A DNA stretch of 64,000 bases from an uncultured Bacteroidaceae bacterium (GTDB lineage Bacteria > Bacteroidota > Bacteroidia > Bacteroidales > GCA-2748055). The stretch covers positions 6,477 through 70,476 of the forward strand of contig CAZGTU010000012.1 of assembly GCA_964528675.1 (NCBI GenBank). The letters are read 5' to 3'. The notes under the pieces are model-generated. The model made no database searches and was not told where the DNA came from. It saw nothing but the letters and a program-made list of their open reading frames with translations. Made by a program: the position numbers and the translations under genes. Each line of letters begins with the position of its first letter. Position 1 is the stretch's first letter. Below, in pieces: positions 25,230 to 35,987 of the stretch.

Positions 25230-27002
25230 TCATCTCAATACCCCCATTTTCCGTAGCAAAAAAGAGGCATTCATGTTTTTCGCTTTCCCTTTTTGGATCT
25301 TATAATCGAAAACTAATTCATCCGACTTTATGTAACTTTCAAAATGATAGTTTTTAATGTTTTCCGGAAAACTTTTCCCCAGATCACTTAACTCAAGATC
25401 GTGAGTTGCAATAAATACATTGCAGTTAAAATCAACAATCTGTTTCATCAATTCTTCCGATCCTTTATGTTTATCCTTGCTGTTTGTTCCTTTTAATATT
25501 TCATCGAGGAATATGAACAGGCTTTCTCCCTTTCTGAGTCTATCCATAATTTTTTTCATCCTTTTAAGTTCAGCGAAAAAGTAAGATTCACTTTCGGCAA
25601 GGGAATCTGTGGTCCTCATGCCGGTAATGACAGGCTGGATCCTGAACCGGAATTCATCCGCATAGACATTGAATCCGGCTCCTGCAAGGATGAGATTTGT
25701 CCCCAATGTTCTCAAAAATGTGCTTTTTCCCGCCATGTTGGCCCCGGTAATAATGATAATCTTTTCATTTTTTTGAAGCTTGAAATCATTTGTTATGCAT
25801 TCTCCAGGCTTAATGAGCGGGTGTCCGAGATTTTTTGCCGATAATATTTCATCTCCTGGTTGGGCTTGTATATAGTCAGGATGGTTAAACAGGAAAATAC
25901 CACCTGAGATGAAAGCGTCTGTTTCTGCATGTAAGCTAAAGATGTCATTCAAGAGAGTGCGATTGTGCTTTTTCCAGTTTTCGAGTAATTTAATAAGGTG
26001 AAAATCCAATAGCAGAAGTATATTTAAAATACCTCCCATCAATAGATTAAGCCGGCTGTCGAATATATCCATTAACCTTTCAAGCCTTCGGAATTGCCTT
26101 AGTGATGTAGTTGATTTTTCTTTCACTTTTAAAAGAAATGAATTCCTGAAACCGACTTTACTAAATACCTTCGTCAATACATTATACTTCCTGATGATTT
26201 CCTGTTTCTTTCCAATATCAGAATGGTAGCGATTAATTTTGGAAATAAGTGATCCATAAAAAAACCAGCTAGTCAGAATGCTGATTATTAGAAACTTTCC
26301 CCATCCTTCGAATAAGATAGTTGTCACAATAAGGCTTATATTTGCAAATGCCAGTATCAGGGCAATGTAATGCATCCAATTTTTAATTCCTGATCCGGAT
26401 TTGTTCAGCCAGTTTATTATTTGTTGTATTTCACCGGGTTTTTCTTCGATAGTTTTTCCTGAAGCCAGGTAATCCTGCATGAAATCAGGTTTTTCACTCA
26501 GTTCTCCATGAATTTGTTGATTATTGAGAATATCCTCTTTGTTCAAGGGTGAGTTTAAAAAACGGGAGGCAAGAACCTTTTCTCCACTCAGGGTGCAGCA
26601 CCTGCAGATATGCTGAAACAGCGAGGAAGGGCCAAAAATGTCCAGGTCATAGGTAAATTCATGATCAGGATCAAGGAAATGACCTCCGTCACTGAATTCA
26701 TGATAATCTCCGTTCAATGCATCAAGTTCCTGTTGATTTATGATTTTGAGGATTCTCTTTTTTCTTCTATCATCGATGAACTTCTTGTAAAATGCCACAA
26801 AGGAAAAAAATAATATTAAAGATATGGCGGAAAGGATAAAAAAAGAAAGTTTATCCTGTTGAATGCCTTTTACAAGAAAAAAAACAAAGAAGACCATGCA
26901 TGCAAGCCTGATAATAGAAATATAATTTACTTTCTTCGTAAGTTTTTTTTCTTCGAACTTATATTTTTCCAGGTTCGAAAGATAATATGATTGGGGGTCC
27001 AT
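25230..27002 (-). CDS. membrane-anchored MutS-related ATPase (MutS domain V only)
   Basis: 590 aa with several hydrophobic helices in the N-terminal half. The C-terminal part has Walker A ITGANMAGKSTFLRTLG and the DEILKGTN Walker B region typical of MutS domain V. No mismatch-binding or Smr domain is apparent. Confidence 0.78.
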   Translation of the reverse strand: MDPQSYYLSNLEKYKFEEKKLTKKVNYISIIRLACMVFFVFFLVKGIQQDKLSFFILSAISLILFFSFVAFYKKFIDDRRKKRILKIINQQELDALNGDYHEFSDGGHFLDPDHEFTYDLDIFGPSSLFQHICRCCTLSGEKVLASRFLNSPLNKEDILNNQQIHGELSEKPDFMQDYLASGKTIEEKPGEIQQIINWLNKSGSGIKNWMHYIALILAFANISLIVTTILFEGWGKFLIISILTSWFFYGSLISKINRYHSDIGKKQEIIRKYNVLTKVFSKVGFRNSFLLKVKEKSTTSLRQFRRLERLMDIFDSRLNLLMGGILNILLLLDFHLIKLLENWKKHNRTLLNDIFSLHAETDAFISGGIFLFNHPDYIQAQPGDEILSAKNLGHPLIKPGECITNDFKLQKNEKIIIITGANMAGKSTFLRTLGTNLILAGAGFNVYADEFRFRIQPVITGMRTTDSLAESESYFFAELKRMKKIMDRLRKGESLFIFLDEILKGTNSKDKHKGSEELMKQIVDFNCNVFIATHDLELSDLGKSFPENIKNYHFESYIKSDELVFDYKIQKGKAKNMNASFLLRKMGVLR

Positions 27003-27162
27003 CTTCTTTTTAAATACTATTTATTGATGCTTAATATTTATTTATTTCATATGAGTTATAATTCTGATTGGAAAACTGATGTCTTCACCTATTTCGTTTT
27101 CAACTAACAAGGAAAAGTGGTGAAAAGGTCGTCAGCAGATCTGGTAGTGTCGGGGAATGGGA

Positions 27163-28593
27163 TCACTTTTTTCGGATAATTTCACTAATATTTTCTTCTT
27201 TTATCTGTACACTCTTTTGTAAGATCTTCTTCCTGTCGGGAATTATGTCATAATTTTGTCTTTTATAAGATTTCTTAGTTGCCGGTGAAGGATTCACACC
27301 GGTTATAACCTCAAGAGTCTCAGCCAAAACAGGATCTGTTATATCGCCAAATGGTTTTGCTCCTAAAATTTGATCCTCAATCATATAATCCGGTTCAAGG
27401 CCATCTACAAATTCCGTAATTCCTTCCGAATTGGCGTATTTAAGCACTATAGGGACAATGGCATAATTATGTCTGGATGGTTCCTCTGTATCAGGGAATA
27501 CCCAGGCCCCGGTGTATTTTCCGAAGGTAGTTTCTCCAACGGTGGTAACATTCATGTAAGGATCAAGTCCCGTGATCACGAGTTCACTGGCAGAGGCAGT
27601 TTCCGAAGTTGTCATGAAATATACATTGCTCATATCGAGGTTAACGCTGGCATTGGTAAAAAACAGGTTAAGATCTGAGGAGTTTTCGCCACCTTCCTGA
27701 AGAAAGAGGTTATTCAGGTAATTATTATATACATAACTGACAAGTACATTTGAGGAAGAGGCTACGGATGCCGGAGCTATGGAAGAGGCAAGGTAAGATG
27801 CCATTGACACTTCCCCGCCAGGGTTATAGCGTAAGTCGATGATTAATTCATCAATTGCTGAATCTGCAAATGCTGAAAATACATCATCAAGCTGGGCAAT
27901 GAACATGTCATTCATGCCACTCAGAAAATCGACATAAACCAGATAACCAATCTTCTTGTCCTGATAATTGATTATTTCCTGATGAATTACAGGGCTTGAG
28001 GTAATCACTTCAGCCGCCAGATCGACAGTCTCTCCGGTTGGCACGAGACTGCTTCCGTTATAATATCCGAGACCCGCAGAATAACTTTGCTGGGAGTACA
28101 GTCCTGAGAAATTGGTTGTATCCAGTTCGGTGTCATCAATGCTAATAATAATATCCCCTCGTTCCAGTCCGGCTTCTGATGCGGGGGTATTGGGAATTAC
28201 ATATTCAACGATAATAAACACCCCGTCACTATCGCTGTATCTTCCAAATGCCGGTGAATATCCCATAGACATCGGCGTCCCTGAAAGTTCAGCCTTGAAT
28301 GATTCGAAATCGTCAGTGATGAACGACCATATATCTTCCTGATTATATAATAAGCTGTAAAAGAAAGCAGACGGATTTGATTCATTCGCGGGATTAAGAT
28401 TAGCCGGTATTTGATCATTCCATAAGTAAATGGTATTCATCCATTCATATATCCATTCACTTACTTCTTCATTTGTGAATTTTTCATCATCATTATTATT
28501 ATCGTTATTGGGATTTTCTTTTTCACATGAGCTAAAAAAGAAAAATATAAATGTGATTGCTAAAAAATAACTATAAATGTTTCTAAATTTCAT
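27163..28593 (-). CDS. S41 family peptidase (tail-specific / C-terminal processing protease-like) lipoprotein
   Basis: Lipobox FFFSSC, a PDZ-like segment (PASEAGLERGDIIISID), and the S41 core DLRYNPGGEV...TASASE. Confidence 0.8.
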   Translation of the reverse strand: MKFRNIYSYFLAITFIFFFFSSCEKENPNNDNNNDDEKFTNEEVSEWIYEWMNTIYLWNDQIPANLNPANESNPSAFFYSLLYNQEDIWSFITDDFESFKAELSGTPMSMGYSPAFGRYSDSDGVFIIVEYVIPNTPASEAGLERGDIIISIDDTELDTTNFSGLYSQQSYSAGLGYYNGSSLVPTGETVDLAAEVITSSPVIHQEIINYQDKKIGYLVYVDFLSGMNDMFIAQLDDVFSAFADSAIDELIIDLRYNPGGEVSMASYLASSIAPASVASSSNVLVSYVYNNYLNNLFLQEGGENSSDLNLFFTNASVNLDMSNVYFMTTSETASASELVITGLDPYMNVTTVGETTFGKYTGAWVFPDTEEPSRHNYAIVPIVLKYANSEGITEFVDGLEPDYMIEDQILGAKPFGDITDPVLAETLEVITGVNPSPATKKSYKRQNYDIIPDRKKILQKSVQIKEENISEIIRKK

Positions 28594-28746
28594 TGCTGAT
28601 TTTATTTAATGATTTGAGTTAAGAACGTTAAATTAACAAAATTTATGAGCCATGAGTTTATTTTTTTTTCATAGTTAAGAAATAAAGTTTTTTTTTCGTA
28701 ATATTGCAATACAGAACACAGCAGAACACCTTAAATAATTATTATC

Positions 28747-30543
28747 ATGAAAATTCCACAAAAGAAATCTCCACGTTTTTACCAGGCAAATCCGAAGATT
28801 GGAATCCGCCCGGCTATTGATGGCCGACGCAGAGGTGTAAGAGAATCTCTGGAAGAGCAGACCATGGAAATGGCAAAAAATGCCGCTCGTTTTCTTGAAA
28901 AAGAATTAAGACATCCTGATGGTACAGCGGTGGAATGTGTAATCGCTGATCAATGCATTGGTGGAGTTGCAGAATCGGCCACAACTGCTGAGAAGTTCGA
29001 AAGGGAAGGGGTAGGCGTTTCACTAACAGTGACACCATGCTGGTGTTATGGTACAGAAACCATTGATATGGATCCCTATCTTCCTAAAGCAATCTGGGGG
29101 TTTAACGGTACAGAACGACCGGGTGCCGTCTACCTGGCGGCTGCCCTGGCAGGACACTCGCAGAAAGGACTTCCTGCTTTTGGTATTTATGGACATGATG
29201 TCCAGGATATGGGTGATGAGAGTATTCCCGAAGATGTGCAGGAAAAGCTGTTAATGTTTGCCAAAGCAGGGCTTGCTGTAGCTTCGATGAAAGGAAAATC
29301 ATATCTTTCAATAGGTTCTGTTTCCATGGGAATTGCAGGTTCTATTGTTGATGATCATTTTTTCCGGGAATTTCTCGGAATGAGAAATGAATATGTAGAC
29401 ATGAGTGAGATCATCAGACGAATCGATGAAGAAATTTATGATAAGGAGGAGTTTGAAAGAGCACTTAAATGGACAAAAGAGAAGTGCAAAGAAGGAAAGG
29501 ATGTCAATAGTGCTGATCAGCAAAGAAGTCGGGAGCAAAAAGATAAAGACTGGGAATTTGTTGTTAAGATGACATTAATTGCCAGGGATTTGATGGTGGG
29601 CAATCCCAAACTCGATAAGATAGGTTTTGGCGAAGAAGCCATGGGACACAATGCTCTTATTGCAGGATTTCAGGGACAGCGTCAATGGACTGATCATTTT
29701 CCCAATGGAGATTTTATGGAAGCCATTCTCAATTCCTCATTTGATTGGAATGGAATTCGTCAGCCCTATTTAATGGCTACAGAGAATGATAGCTTGAATG
29801 GTGTGGCCATGATGTTTGGACATCTTTTAAATAATTCGGCTCAGGTATTTGCTGATGTAAGGACCTATTGGAGTCCGGAAGCAGTACATAGAGTTACAGG
29901 GTGGAAACCTGAGGGCTTAACAGAAGGTGGTTTTATTCATTTGATCAATTCAGGTTCGGCTTCCCTTGATGGATCGGGAAGACAACTGGAAAATGGAAAA
30001 CCCGTAATGAAACCATTCTGGGAAATATCAGAAGAAGAGGCTGATGCCTGCCTGGAGGCAACCACCTGGCATCCGGCTGTAACCGAATATTTTCGCGGTG
30101 GCGGATTCTCATCTACATTCAGGACCCCTGGCGGAATGCCGGTTACTCTTTCCCGTATAAATTTGATTGAGGGACTTGGACCTGCTTTACAAATTGCGGA
30201 AGGATATTCTGCTGAATTGCCAGAAGAGGTGCATAACACTCTTGATGAAAGAACAAATGAAACATGGCCAACCACCTGGTTTGTACCTATCATAAACGGC
30301 AAAGGTGCTTTTAAGGATGTGTATTCAGTTATGGCTGCCTGGGGGGCAAATCACGGTGCTTTTGGATACGGACATTTTGGAGATAAACTGATCACTCTTG
30401 CTTCAATATTAAGAATACCGGTATGTATGCATAATATTGAAGATGAAAGAATTTTCAGGCCATCTGCGTGGAATGCTTTTGGTATGGATAGGGAAGGAAG
30501 TGATTATCGGGCCTGTAAGGTTTATGGCCCTGTGTATAAGTAA
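28747..30543 (+). CDS. fucI: L-fucose isomerase
   Basis: 598 aa with the N-terminus [25 protein letters not shown]... Length and the conserved C-terminal region fit FucI. Confidence 0.9.
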   Translation: MKIPQKKSPRFYQANPKIGIRPAIDGRRRGVRESLEEQTMEMAKNAARFLEKELRHPDGTAVECVIADQCIGGVAESATTAEKFEREGVGVSLTVTPCWCYGTETIDMDPYLPKAIWGFNGTERPGAVYLAAALAGHSQKGLPAFGIYGHDVQDMGDESIPEDVQEKLLMFAKAGLAVASMKGKSYLSIGSVSMGIAGSIVDDHFFREFLGMRNEYVDMSEIIRRIDEEIYDKEEFERALKWTKEKCKEGKDVNSADQQRSREQKDKDWEFVVKMTLIARDLMVGNPKLDKIGFGEEAMGHNALIAGFQGQRQWTDHFPNGDFMEAILNSSFDWNGIRQPYLMATENDSLNGVAMMFGHLLNNSAQVFADVRTYWSPEAVHRVTGWKPEGLTEGGFIHLINSGSASLDGSGRQLENGKPVMKPFWEISEEEADACLEATTWHPAVTEYFRGGGFSSTFRTPGGMPVTLSRINLIEGLGPALQIAEGYSAELPEEVHNTLDERTNETWPTTWFVPIINGKGAFKDVYSVMAAWGANHGAFGYGHFGDKLITLASILRIPVCMHNIEDERIFRPSAWNAFGMDREGSDYRACKVYGPVYK

Positions 30544-30590
30544 TTCTGTATTTATTGTTGTGAATTGAAGAAAAATATTTATTTTTAAAC

Positions 30591-30714
30591 ACCGGTTGGG
30601 ATGAATGTCTATTCATGTAAGTTTGGTTAGTTAGTTGTTACTTCATTAATATTCAATAAGTTGGTAATTGGTTATTTAATCTTTTCCACTTTCATTCATC
30701 CCCCGGTTTTTTTT
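30591..30714 (+). terminator. long-range stem plus T-run downstream of fucI (terminator or structured 3' RNA)
   Basis: ACCGGTTGGGATGAATG at 30591-30607 pairs with CATTCATCCCCCGGT at 30693-30707 (10+5 bp with a 2-nt bulge), followed by a run of 8 T. Inner hairpin ATGAAT-GTCT-ATTCAT. Confidence 0.4.
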
Positions 30715-30751
30715 AGCATCTCAATTTTAAATCCACCCAAAAGTTTCATGA

Positions 30752-31747
30752 ATGAGTTCTTTCAGGGTTTTTATTGATAAGAATTCTTCTGTACCTGTTT
30801 ACAGACAAATTATTATTCAGGTTGAGGATGCGATTGGATCTGGGTTTCTTACCCGCGGAAGTAGCTTGCCTTCAGTTAATCATTTAATAAAAAGTCTGAA
30901 TATTTCCAGGGATACAGCATTCAAAGCCTATGAGCATTTAAAGGCAAGGGGTGTTATTGAATCCATTCAATCCAAAGGGTATTTTGTCAGGGAGAGTAAA
31001 ATCCGCGTTTTACTCTTTTTGGACTTCTACAGCCCCTTTAAGGAGGGACTGTACAATGCTATGCGGAAAAAATTACCTCAAAACTTCAGTATAGACCTCT
31101 ACTTTCATCATTATAATCCGGAAGTTTTCCAGGAAGTTCTGGAAAATGGTAAAGGCAGATATCAGCACTTTGTGATCATGAGTTTTGAAGATGAAAGAAT
31201 AAAAAAGATGCTTCAAAAGATGGACAAAGACAGGGTGCTTATTCTTGATATGTGCTATGGGGCACCTGAGCACCTGCCTCGAATCTGTCAGGACTTCGGG
31301 GATGCCTTTTACAGTTGTCTTTTTTCTGCCCGAAAAAAACTTGGCAAATACTCTGAAGTTTTATACGTTTTAAGACCTGAGACTCATCATCCGGAGGAGT
31401 CAGCTATAGCATTTATTAACTTTTGTTCTGATCATGGTATAAAGGGAAAAGTTTTAGAAAAAATGAGGAAAGAGGATGTACAAAAGAACAGGGCTTATAT
31501 TGTGGTTTCTGATGATGATCTTGTAAGCATTGTGGAAATGAGTCACAAGAACAGATATGAATTAGGAAAGGATATCGGGGTAATCTCTTATAACGACACC
31601 GCCGTGAAAAAAATAATCGCCGGTGGAATATCAGTGATTTCAACTGATTTCTCCGAAATGGGCAAAAAAGTGGCGGATTTTCTTATAAGTCCACGTTTTA
31701 CCGGTGTTTCTATACCCACTCAATTTATTGAAAGAAATTCACTTTAG
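30752..31747 (+). CDS. GntR-family transcriptional regulator with a sugar-binding (LacI/PBP1-like) C-terminal domain
   Basis: N-terminal GntR winged helix (VPVYRQII.QVEDAIGSG.L..GSSLPSVNHL...LNISRDTAFKAYEHLKARGVIES.QSKGYFV), followed by a periplasmic-binding-fold-like domain. Confidence 0.78.
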   Translation: MSSFRVFIDKNSSVPVYRQIIIQVEDAIGSGFLTRGSSLPSVNHLIKSLNISRDTAFKAYEHLKARGVIESIQSKGYFVRESKIRVLLFLDFYSPFKEGLYNAMRKKLPQNFSIDLYFHHYNPEVFQEVLENGKGRYQHFVIMSFEDERIKKMLQKMDKDRVLILDMCYGAPEHLPRICQDFGDAFYSCLFSARKKLGKYSEVLYVLRPETHHPEESAIAFINFCSDHGIKGKVLEKMRKEDVQKNRAYIVVSDDDLVSIVEMSHKNRYELGKDIGVISYNDTAVKKIIAGGISVISTDFSEMGKKVADFLISPRFTGVSIPTQFIERNSL

Positions 31748-31751
31748 AATT

Positions 31752-33101
31752 TTAAAATGTCAGAGTAAATACAGTTTCTTTATCCGGTTGGGACTGGGCA
31801 GTAATAGTTCCACCGTGTAATCGAAGAATCTGGCGTGACAATGCCAGCCCAATACCTGATCCTGTGGGTTTGGTTGTGAAGAAGGGGATAAAGATCTTAT
31901 CAATAACATCCTTTAAAATACCACTGCCGTTATCGATAACCTGTATAGTTGGTCTGCCTCTTTTATTGAAAAAGGCTTTCATAATTATTCTAGAATCTTC
32001 TTTATCTTCCACTGCATGGATGCTGTTTTTGATAAGGTTGATCATTACCTGTTCAATAAGTTGTTCATCCATAGATATTTCAAAGCTCTCAGGTTCTATT
32101 TGCTTGATCAGGTGAATGTCTTTGCCTTTCATCTCTTCTTTCATTAATTCCTCAATATTACTGAAAAGATCGCCGGCTTTAACCATTTTAAAGTTAGGCT
32201 TTGGTATCCGGGTCAAATTTCGATATGTATTGACGAAATGCAAGAGTCCGTTACTTCTTTTATTAATTGTGGTAAGGGCCTGTTTGATCTCCTGCACAGT
32301 CTCGACATCAATTTTTTCAGTTTCTTCTTCAGATGTATAGGGCCTGAGAATACTTTCCAGTGTTGCGGATAAACTTGCTATGGGAGTGATGGAATTCATG
32401 ATCTCATGAGTAAGGACTCTGATAAGTTTCTGCCAGGCCTCGGTCTCCTGTTCCTCAAGTACATTCTGAATATTCTTAATTGTAGTAAGAACGATGATCT
32501 TATTTTTTAATTTAAATTCGGTGGCTTGAATGGCCAACTGGAGAAAATCATCATCATCCTGCACTTTTACCAGTTTGTTATACCCTGGTTTAATATTCAG
32601 CAAGGTTTCTACCAGTTCGGGTGAAAGTGTGTTGAGTTTTTCAATATTATTAATGGAGCTCAACTGAAATAATTTTTTTGCTGCTTTATTGATCATTTCC
32701 ACTGTCCCGTTTTTCTGGTAGGCCAGGATACTGACATCTATATTCTGGACAATGCTTTGCAGGTAATGGAAATGCTCTTCTTTCTCCGATCTGACCTTTT
32801 GAAAGTCTGCAATTACATCGTCAAAAGCTTTATTCAGTTCATTGAAAGACCTTCCCATTCCTTCAATTTGAAATGAACGGGTAAATTCCGAAAACCTGAT
32901 TGATTCCAGGAAACTGGCCAGATCGCGATTGGTTTTATCGACAAACCTGATCAGGGAATATACCTGAAGCAGGATCAGTAAAAATACAAGGATTGGGGTA
33001 AGGTATGTTTCTGTATCAAGCAAATAAAAGAAGAGAAATACAGTTAAAGCAAATGCCAGAATCCTTATGATCAATATGACTCTAAAATTTTTATAAACCA
33101 T
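31752..33101 (-). CDS. sensor histidine kinase (NtrB/ZraS-like)
   Basis: Two N-terminal transmembrane helices, an H-box THEIMNSITPI, and the ATPase N/G boxes (NLIKNSIHA, DNGSGI, GSGIGLALS). Confidence 0.85.
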   Translation of the reverse strand: MVYKNFRVILIIRILAFALTVFLFFYLLDTETYLTPILVFLLILLQVYSLIRFVDKTNRDLASFLESIRFSEFTRSFQIEGMGRSFNELNKAFDDVIADFQKVRSEKEEHFHYLQSIVQNIDVSILAYQKNGTVEMINKAAKKLFQLSSINNIEKLNTLSPELVETLLNIKPGYNKLVKVQDDDDFLQLAIQATEFKLKNKIIVLTTIKNIQNVLEEQETEAWQKLIRVLTHEIMNSITPIASLSATLESILRPYTSEEETEKIDVETVQEIKQALTTINKRSNGLLHFVNTYRNLTRIPKPNFKMVKAGDLFSNIEELMKEEMKGKDIHLIKQIEPESFEISMDEQLIEQVMINLIKNSIHAVEDKEDSRIIMKAFFNKRGRPTIQVIDNGSGILKDVIDKIFIPFFTTKPTGSGIGLALSRQILRLHGGTITAQSQPDKETVFTLTF

Positions 33102-34467
33102 GTTTTTCCATTCTACGATATAAAGAGGTTCTTGTCAATCCCAGATCCTGTGCCGCCTGTGTGATATTCCCCTGGTAATGCTTAAGAACTTTGCTAATTA
33201 CCTGTTTTTCTATTTCATCAAGATTATAACTTTCAAATTCGAAATCTCCTCCTGATTTTGCCTGTGAGCTGAGGATGAAATCATCCGGACTAAGACTATC
33301 ACCCTCCGTCATGATTACAGCTCTTTCAATGGCATGTTGCAATTCTCTCACATTTCCGGGCCAGGAATAGTGGTTCAGTTTTTTCATGGCCCCTGACTGG
33401 ATATTCCTGATAGACTTTCTGTATTTTTTTGAATATACTTTTAGAAAATGATCTGCCAGAATAGGGATATCCCCCTGCCGGTCTCTTAAAGGGGGCAGGT
33501 GAATTTCCACGGTGTTGATGCGATACAGCAAATCCTGTCTGAAATTGCCTTCCGCAACTTCTGTATGAAGGTCATTGTTGGTGGCGCAGACAAGCCTGAC
33601 ATCTATGTTAATAGGCTTATTGGCCCCCACTCTTGTAACTTCTCTTCTTTCTATTACTGTCAGTAATTTGGTTTGCATCTGGGGAGTAAGATTACCGATT
33701 TCATCCAGAAAAAGTGTACCCCCTGAGGCAATTTCAAATCTTCCCTGCTTGGCGGTTTTGGCATCAGTAAAAGCTCCTTTTTCATGCCCGAAGAGTTCGC
33801 TCTCAAAAAGGGTCTCGGCTATTGATCCCAGATCAACATTAATGAATACCTCATCTTTTCTTAGGGAATTTCTGTAAATTGCTCTTGCTACCAATTCCTT
33901 TCCCGTACCGTTTTCACCAAGAATAAGCACATTGGCATCGGTTGCGGCAACTTTCTTAATGGTATTAAAAACACTCATCATTTCTTCCGATTGTCCGATG
34001 AAATCGGTAAAAGGCTGATCAAGTACGGCTGAAATTTCTCTTTGTTTTTGCCTGAGCTCATCAGCTTCTTTTCTCGATCGACTCAGATTGATCGAAGAAT
34101 TGATAGTTGCCAGCAGTTTTTCATTCTGCCAGGGTTTAAGAATGAAATCAGTTGCCCCGGCTTTTATTGCTCTCACAGCTTTCTCAGCATCACCATATGC
34201 AGTGATGAAAACAACAACAGCGGTAGGATCTATATTTAATATCCTGTCCAGCCAATCAAAACCTTCCTGTCCGGAAATGGCATCCTTGGTAAAATTCATA
34301 TCCAGAAGAATAACATCCCAGCTTTCTTTTTTGAGCATTTCTGGCAATTTTTCCGGACCTGACAGTGTTTCGATCAATTCCACTTCCGGTTTTAACAAAA
34401 GTTTCAAAGCGAATAAAATATCCTGATTATCATCAACTGCCAATACTTTTCCTTTTTTCGAACTCAT
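33091..34467 (-). CDS. sigma-54-dependent response regulator (NtrC/ZraR family)
   Basis: REC domain (DD...D...K), an AAA+ domain with GENGTGKE and the GAFTDA (GAFTGA-type) sigma-54 contact loop, and a C-terminal Fis-type HTH. Confidence 0.92.
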   Translation of the reverse strand: MSSKKGKVLAVDDNQDILFALKLLLKPEVELIETLSGPEKLPEMLKKESWDVILLDMNFTKDAISGQEGFDWLDRILNIDPTAVVVFITAYGDAEKAVRAIKAGATDFILKPWQNEKLLATINSSINLSRSRKEADELRQKQREISAVLDQPFTDFIGQSEEMMSVFNTIKKVAATDANVLILGENGTGKELVARAIYRNSLRKDEVFINVDLGSIAETLFESELFGHEKGAFTDAKTAKQGRFEIASGGTLFLDEIGNLTPQMQTKLLTVIERREVTRVGANKPINIDVRLVCATNNDLHTEVAEGNFRQDLLYRINTVEIHLPPLRDRQGDIPILADHFLKVYSKKYRKSIRNIQSGAMKKLNHYSWPGNVRELQHAIERAVIMTEGDSLSPDDFILSSQAKSGGDFEFESYNLDEIEKQVISKVLKHYQGNITQAAQDLGLTRTSLYRRMEKHGL

Positions 34468-34645
34468 CTTAATTTTCGTTTTTCCTTCATTATAATTCTC
34501 TGAGGCCTAAAATACGAATCTTTTTTTAAATGTTCGAATCCGAACGATAAATGTTTCATTATCGGACACTTTCTAAATAATACTCTATATTTAAAGTGTA
34601 TCTAATAAATTGATAATCAAAGCATGTAGACCTTTGGCATAATTA

Positions 34646-35944
34646 ATGATATTAGATAGTACAAAAATCACGCACATGAACGGAATGGACAAAAAAATCG
34701 AAAAAAAGAAAGGACTTTCCAAAAGAATGATCTGGATTATGGTAGGTGTAGTAGCCGTATCCCTTATCTTTTATAATATCGTTTTTGGAGACAAAAGTTC
34801 AAAACTGAATGTTGATCTGGAAAAAATCAGCATTGAAGATGTGGAGGAAGACATTTTCCAGGATTATATTGCAGTTCAGGGAGTTGTTGAACCTATCAAA
34901 ACAATTTATCTTGATGCTGTTGAGGGAGGAAGAGTGGAAGATATAGTAAGTGAGGAAGGCAGCATGTTAAAGGAAGGAGATCCAATTCTGAGATTATCCA
35001 ATAATAATCTTATTCTTGAGATTTCTAATACTGAGGCGCAGGTTTTACGGACCATTAATGAGTTAAGGAATGCTCGTAATTATATGCAGCAGCAATTATT
35101 AAGTTCCAATATACAAATTCTTCAACTCGGTAAAGACGTGAGAAAACTTAAACGTAATTATGAGAAGAATAAACTTCTTTATAAAGAAAATCACATTTCC
35201 GATGAGGAATATCAACAATCAAAAGAAGAGTATTTCACAGCAAATAAACTTTTAAAGTTGCAGAAGGAACATCATGTAAGCGATTCTATTTACAGGGAAA
35301 TCCAGGTTTCGTCTCTGGAAGAATCAGTTAATACTATGACTGAAAATCTAAAACTTGCCCAGAAGCGCCTCGAGAACTTGAATATCAGAGCTCCTATAGA
35401 TGGAGAGCTGGCTACATTGAATCCCGAAATTGGAGAGGTGATCAATTACGGAACACGTGTAGGGACCATAAATATTCTTGATTCGTATAAACTCAGAGTG
35501 GATATTGATGAACACTATGTTGCACGTGTAAACAGGGGGTTAGTCGGAGAAGCTGATTTTGCAGGTAAAAAGTACATTGCAAAGATCACCAAGCTTTTTC
35601 CTGAAGTACAAAATGGTCGTTTTGCCGTAGATATGGTTTTTACCGAAGAAGTTCCCTCACAGATAAAAATTGGTCAGACTTCAAGAATTAAACTGGAACT
35701 TGGTGAATCCCAGAAAGCGATGTTGCTCCCCAAAGGAGGCTTTTATCAGAGTACGGGCGGTCAATGGGTTTATGTCCTTGATCCCTCCGGAGATTTCGCG
35801 GTTAAGCGTCAAATCAGCATCGGACGCCAAAATCCGAGATATTATGAAGTTCTTGATGGTTTGAATGAAGGAGAAGAGGTGATCGTTTCGTCATATGATA
35901 ATTTCGGCGATGTAGATAAACTGATATTGAAAAATAAGAATTAA
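34646..35944 (+). CDS. HlyD/MacA-type periplasmic adaptor subunit of an efflux system
   Basis: N-terminal membrane anchor, coiled-coil hairpin, barrel-sandwich segments (IRAPIDGELA) and a C-terminal beta domain. The start may instead be ATG 34676 or 34685. Confidence 0.82.
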   Translation: MILDSTKITHMNGMDKKIEKKKGLSKRMIWIMVGVVAVSLIFYNIVFGDKSSKLNVDLEKISIEDVEEDIFQDYIAVQGVVEPIKTIYLDAVEGGRVEDIVSEEGSMLKEGDPILRLSNNNLILEISNTEAQVLRTINELRNARNYMQQQLLSSNIQILQLGKDVRKLKRNYEKNKLLYKENHISDEEYQQSKEEYFTANKLLKLQKEHHVSDSIYREIQVSSLEESVNTMTENLKLAQKRLENLNIRAPIDGELATLNPEIGEVINYGTRVGTINILDSYKLRVDIDEHYVARVNRGLVGEADFAGKKYIAKITKLFPEVQNGRFAVDMVFTEEVPSQIKIGQTSRIKLELGESQKAMLLPKGGFYQSTGGQWVYVLDPSGDFAVKRQISIGRQNPRYYEVLDGLNEGEEVIVSSYDNFGDVDKLILKNKN

Positions 35945-35987
35945 TTATATTTATTTTCAAAAATATTAATCAATTAAATTTTTTCTC

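Noticed and set aside
34635-34650. Possible sigma-54 promoter TGGCAT-N5-ATGA upstream of the HlyD adaptor gene, plus palindromes GTTCG-N4-CGAAC (34532-34545) and CGATAA-N8-TTATCG as candidate activator sites
   Set aside because: The -24 GG element is fine, but the -12 element reads TG/GA instead of the conserved GC (TTGC), and it overlaps the first candidate ATG. This is too weak to call without transcription start-site data.
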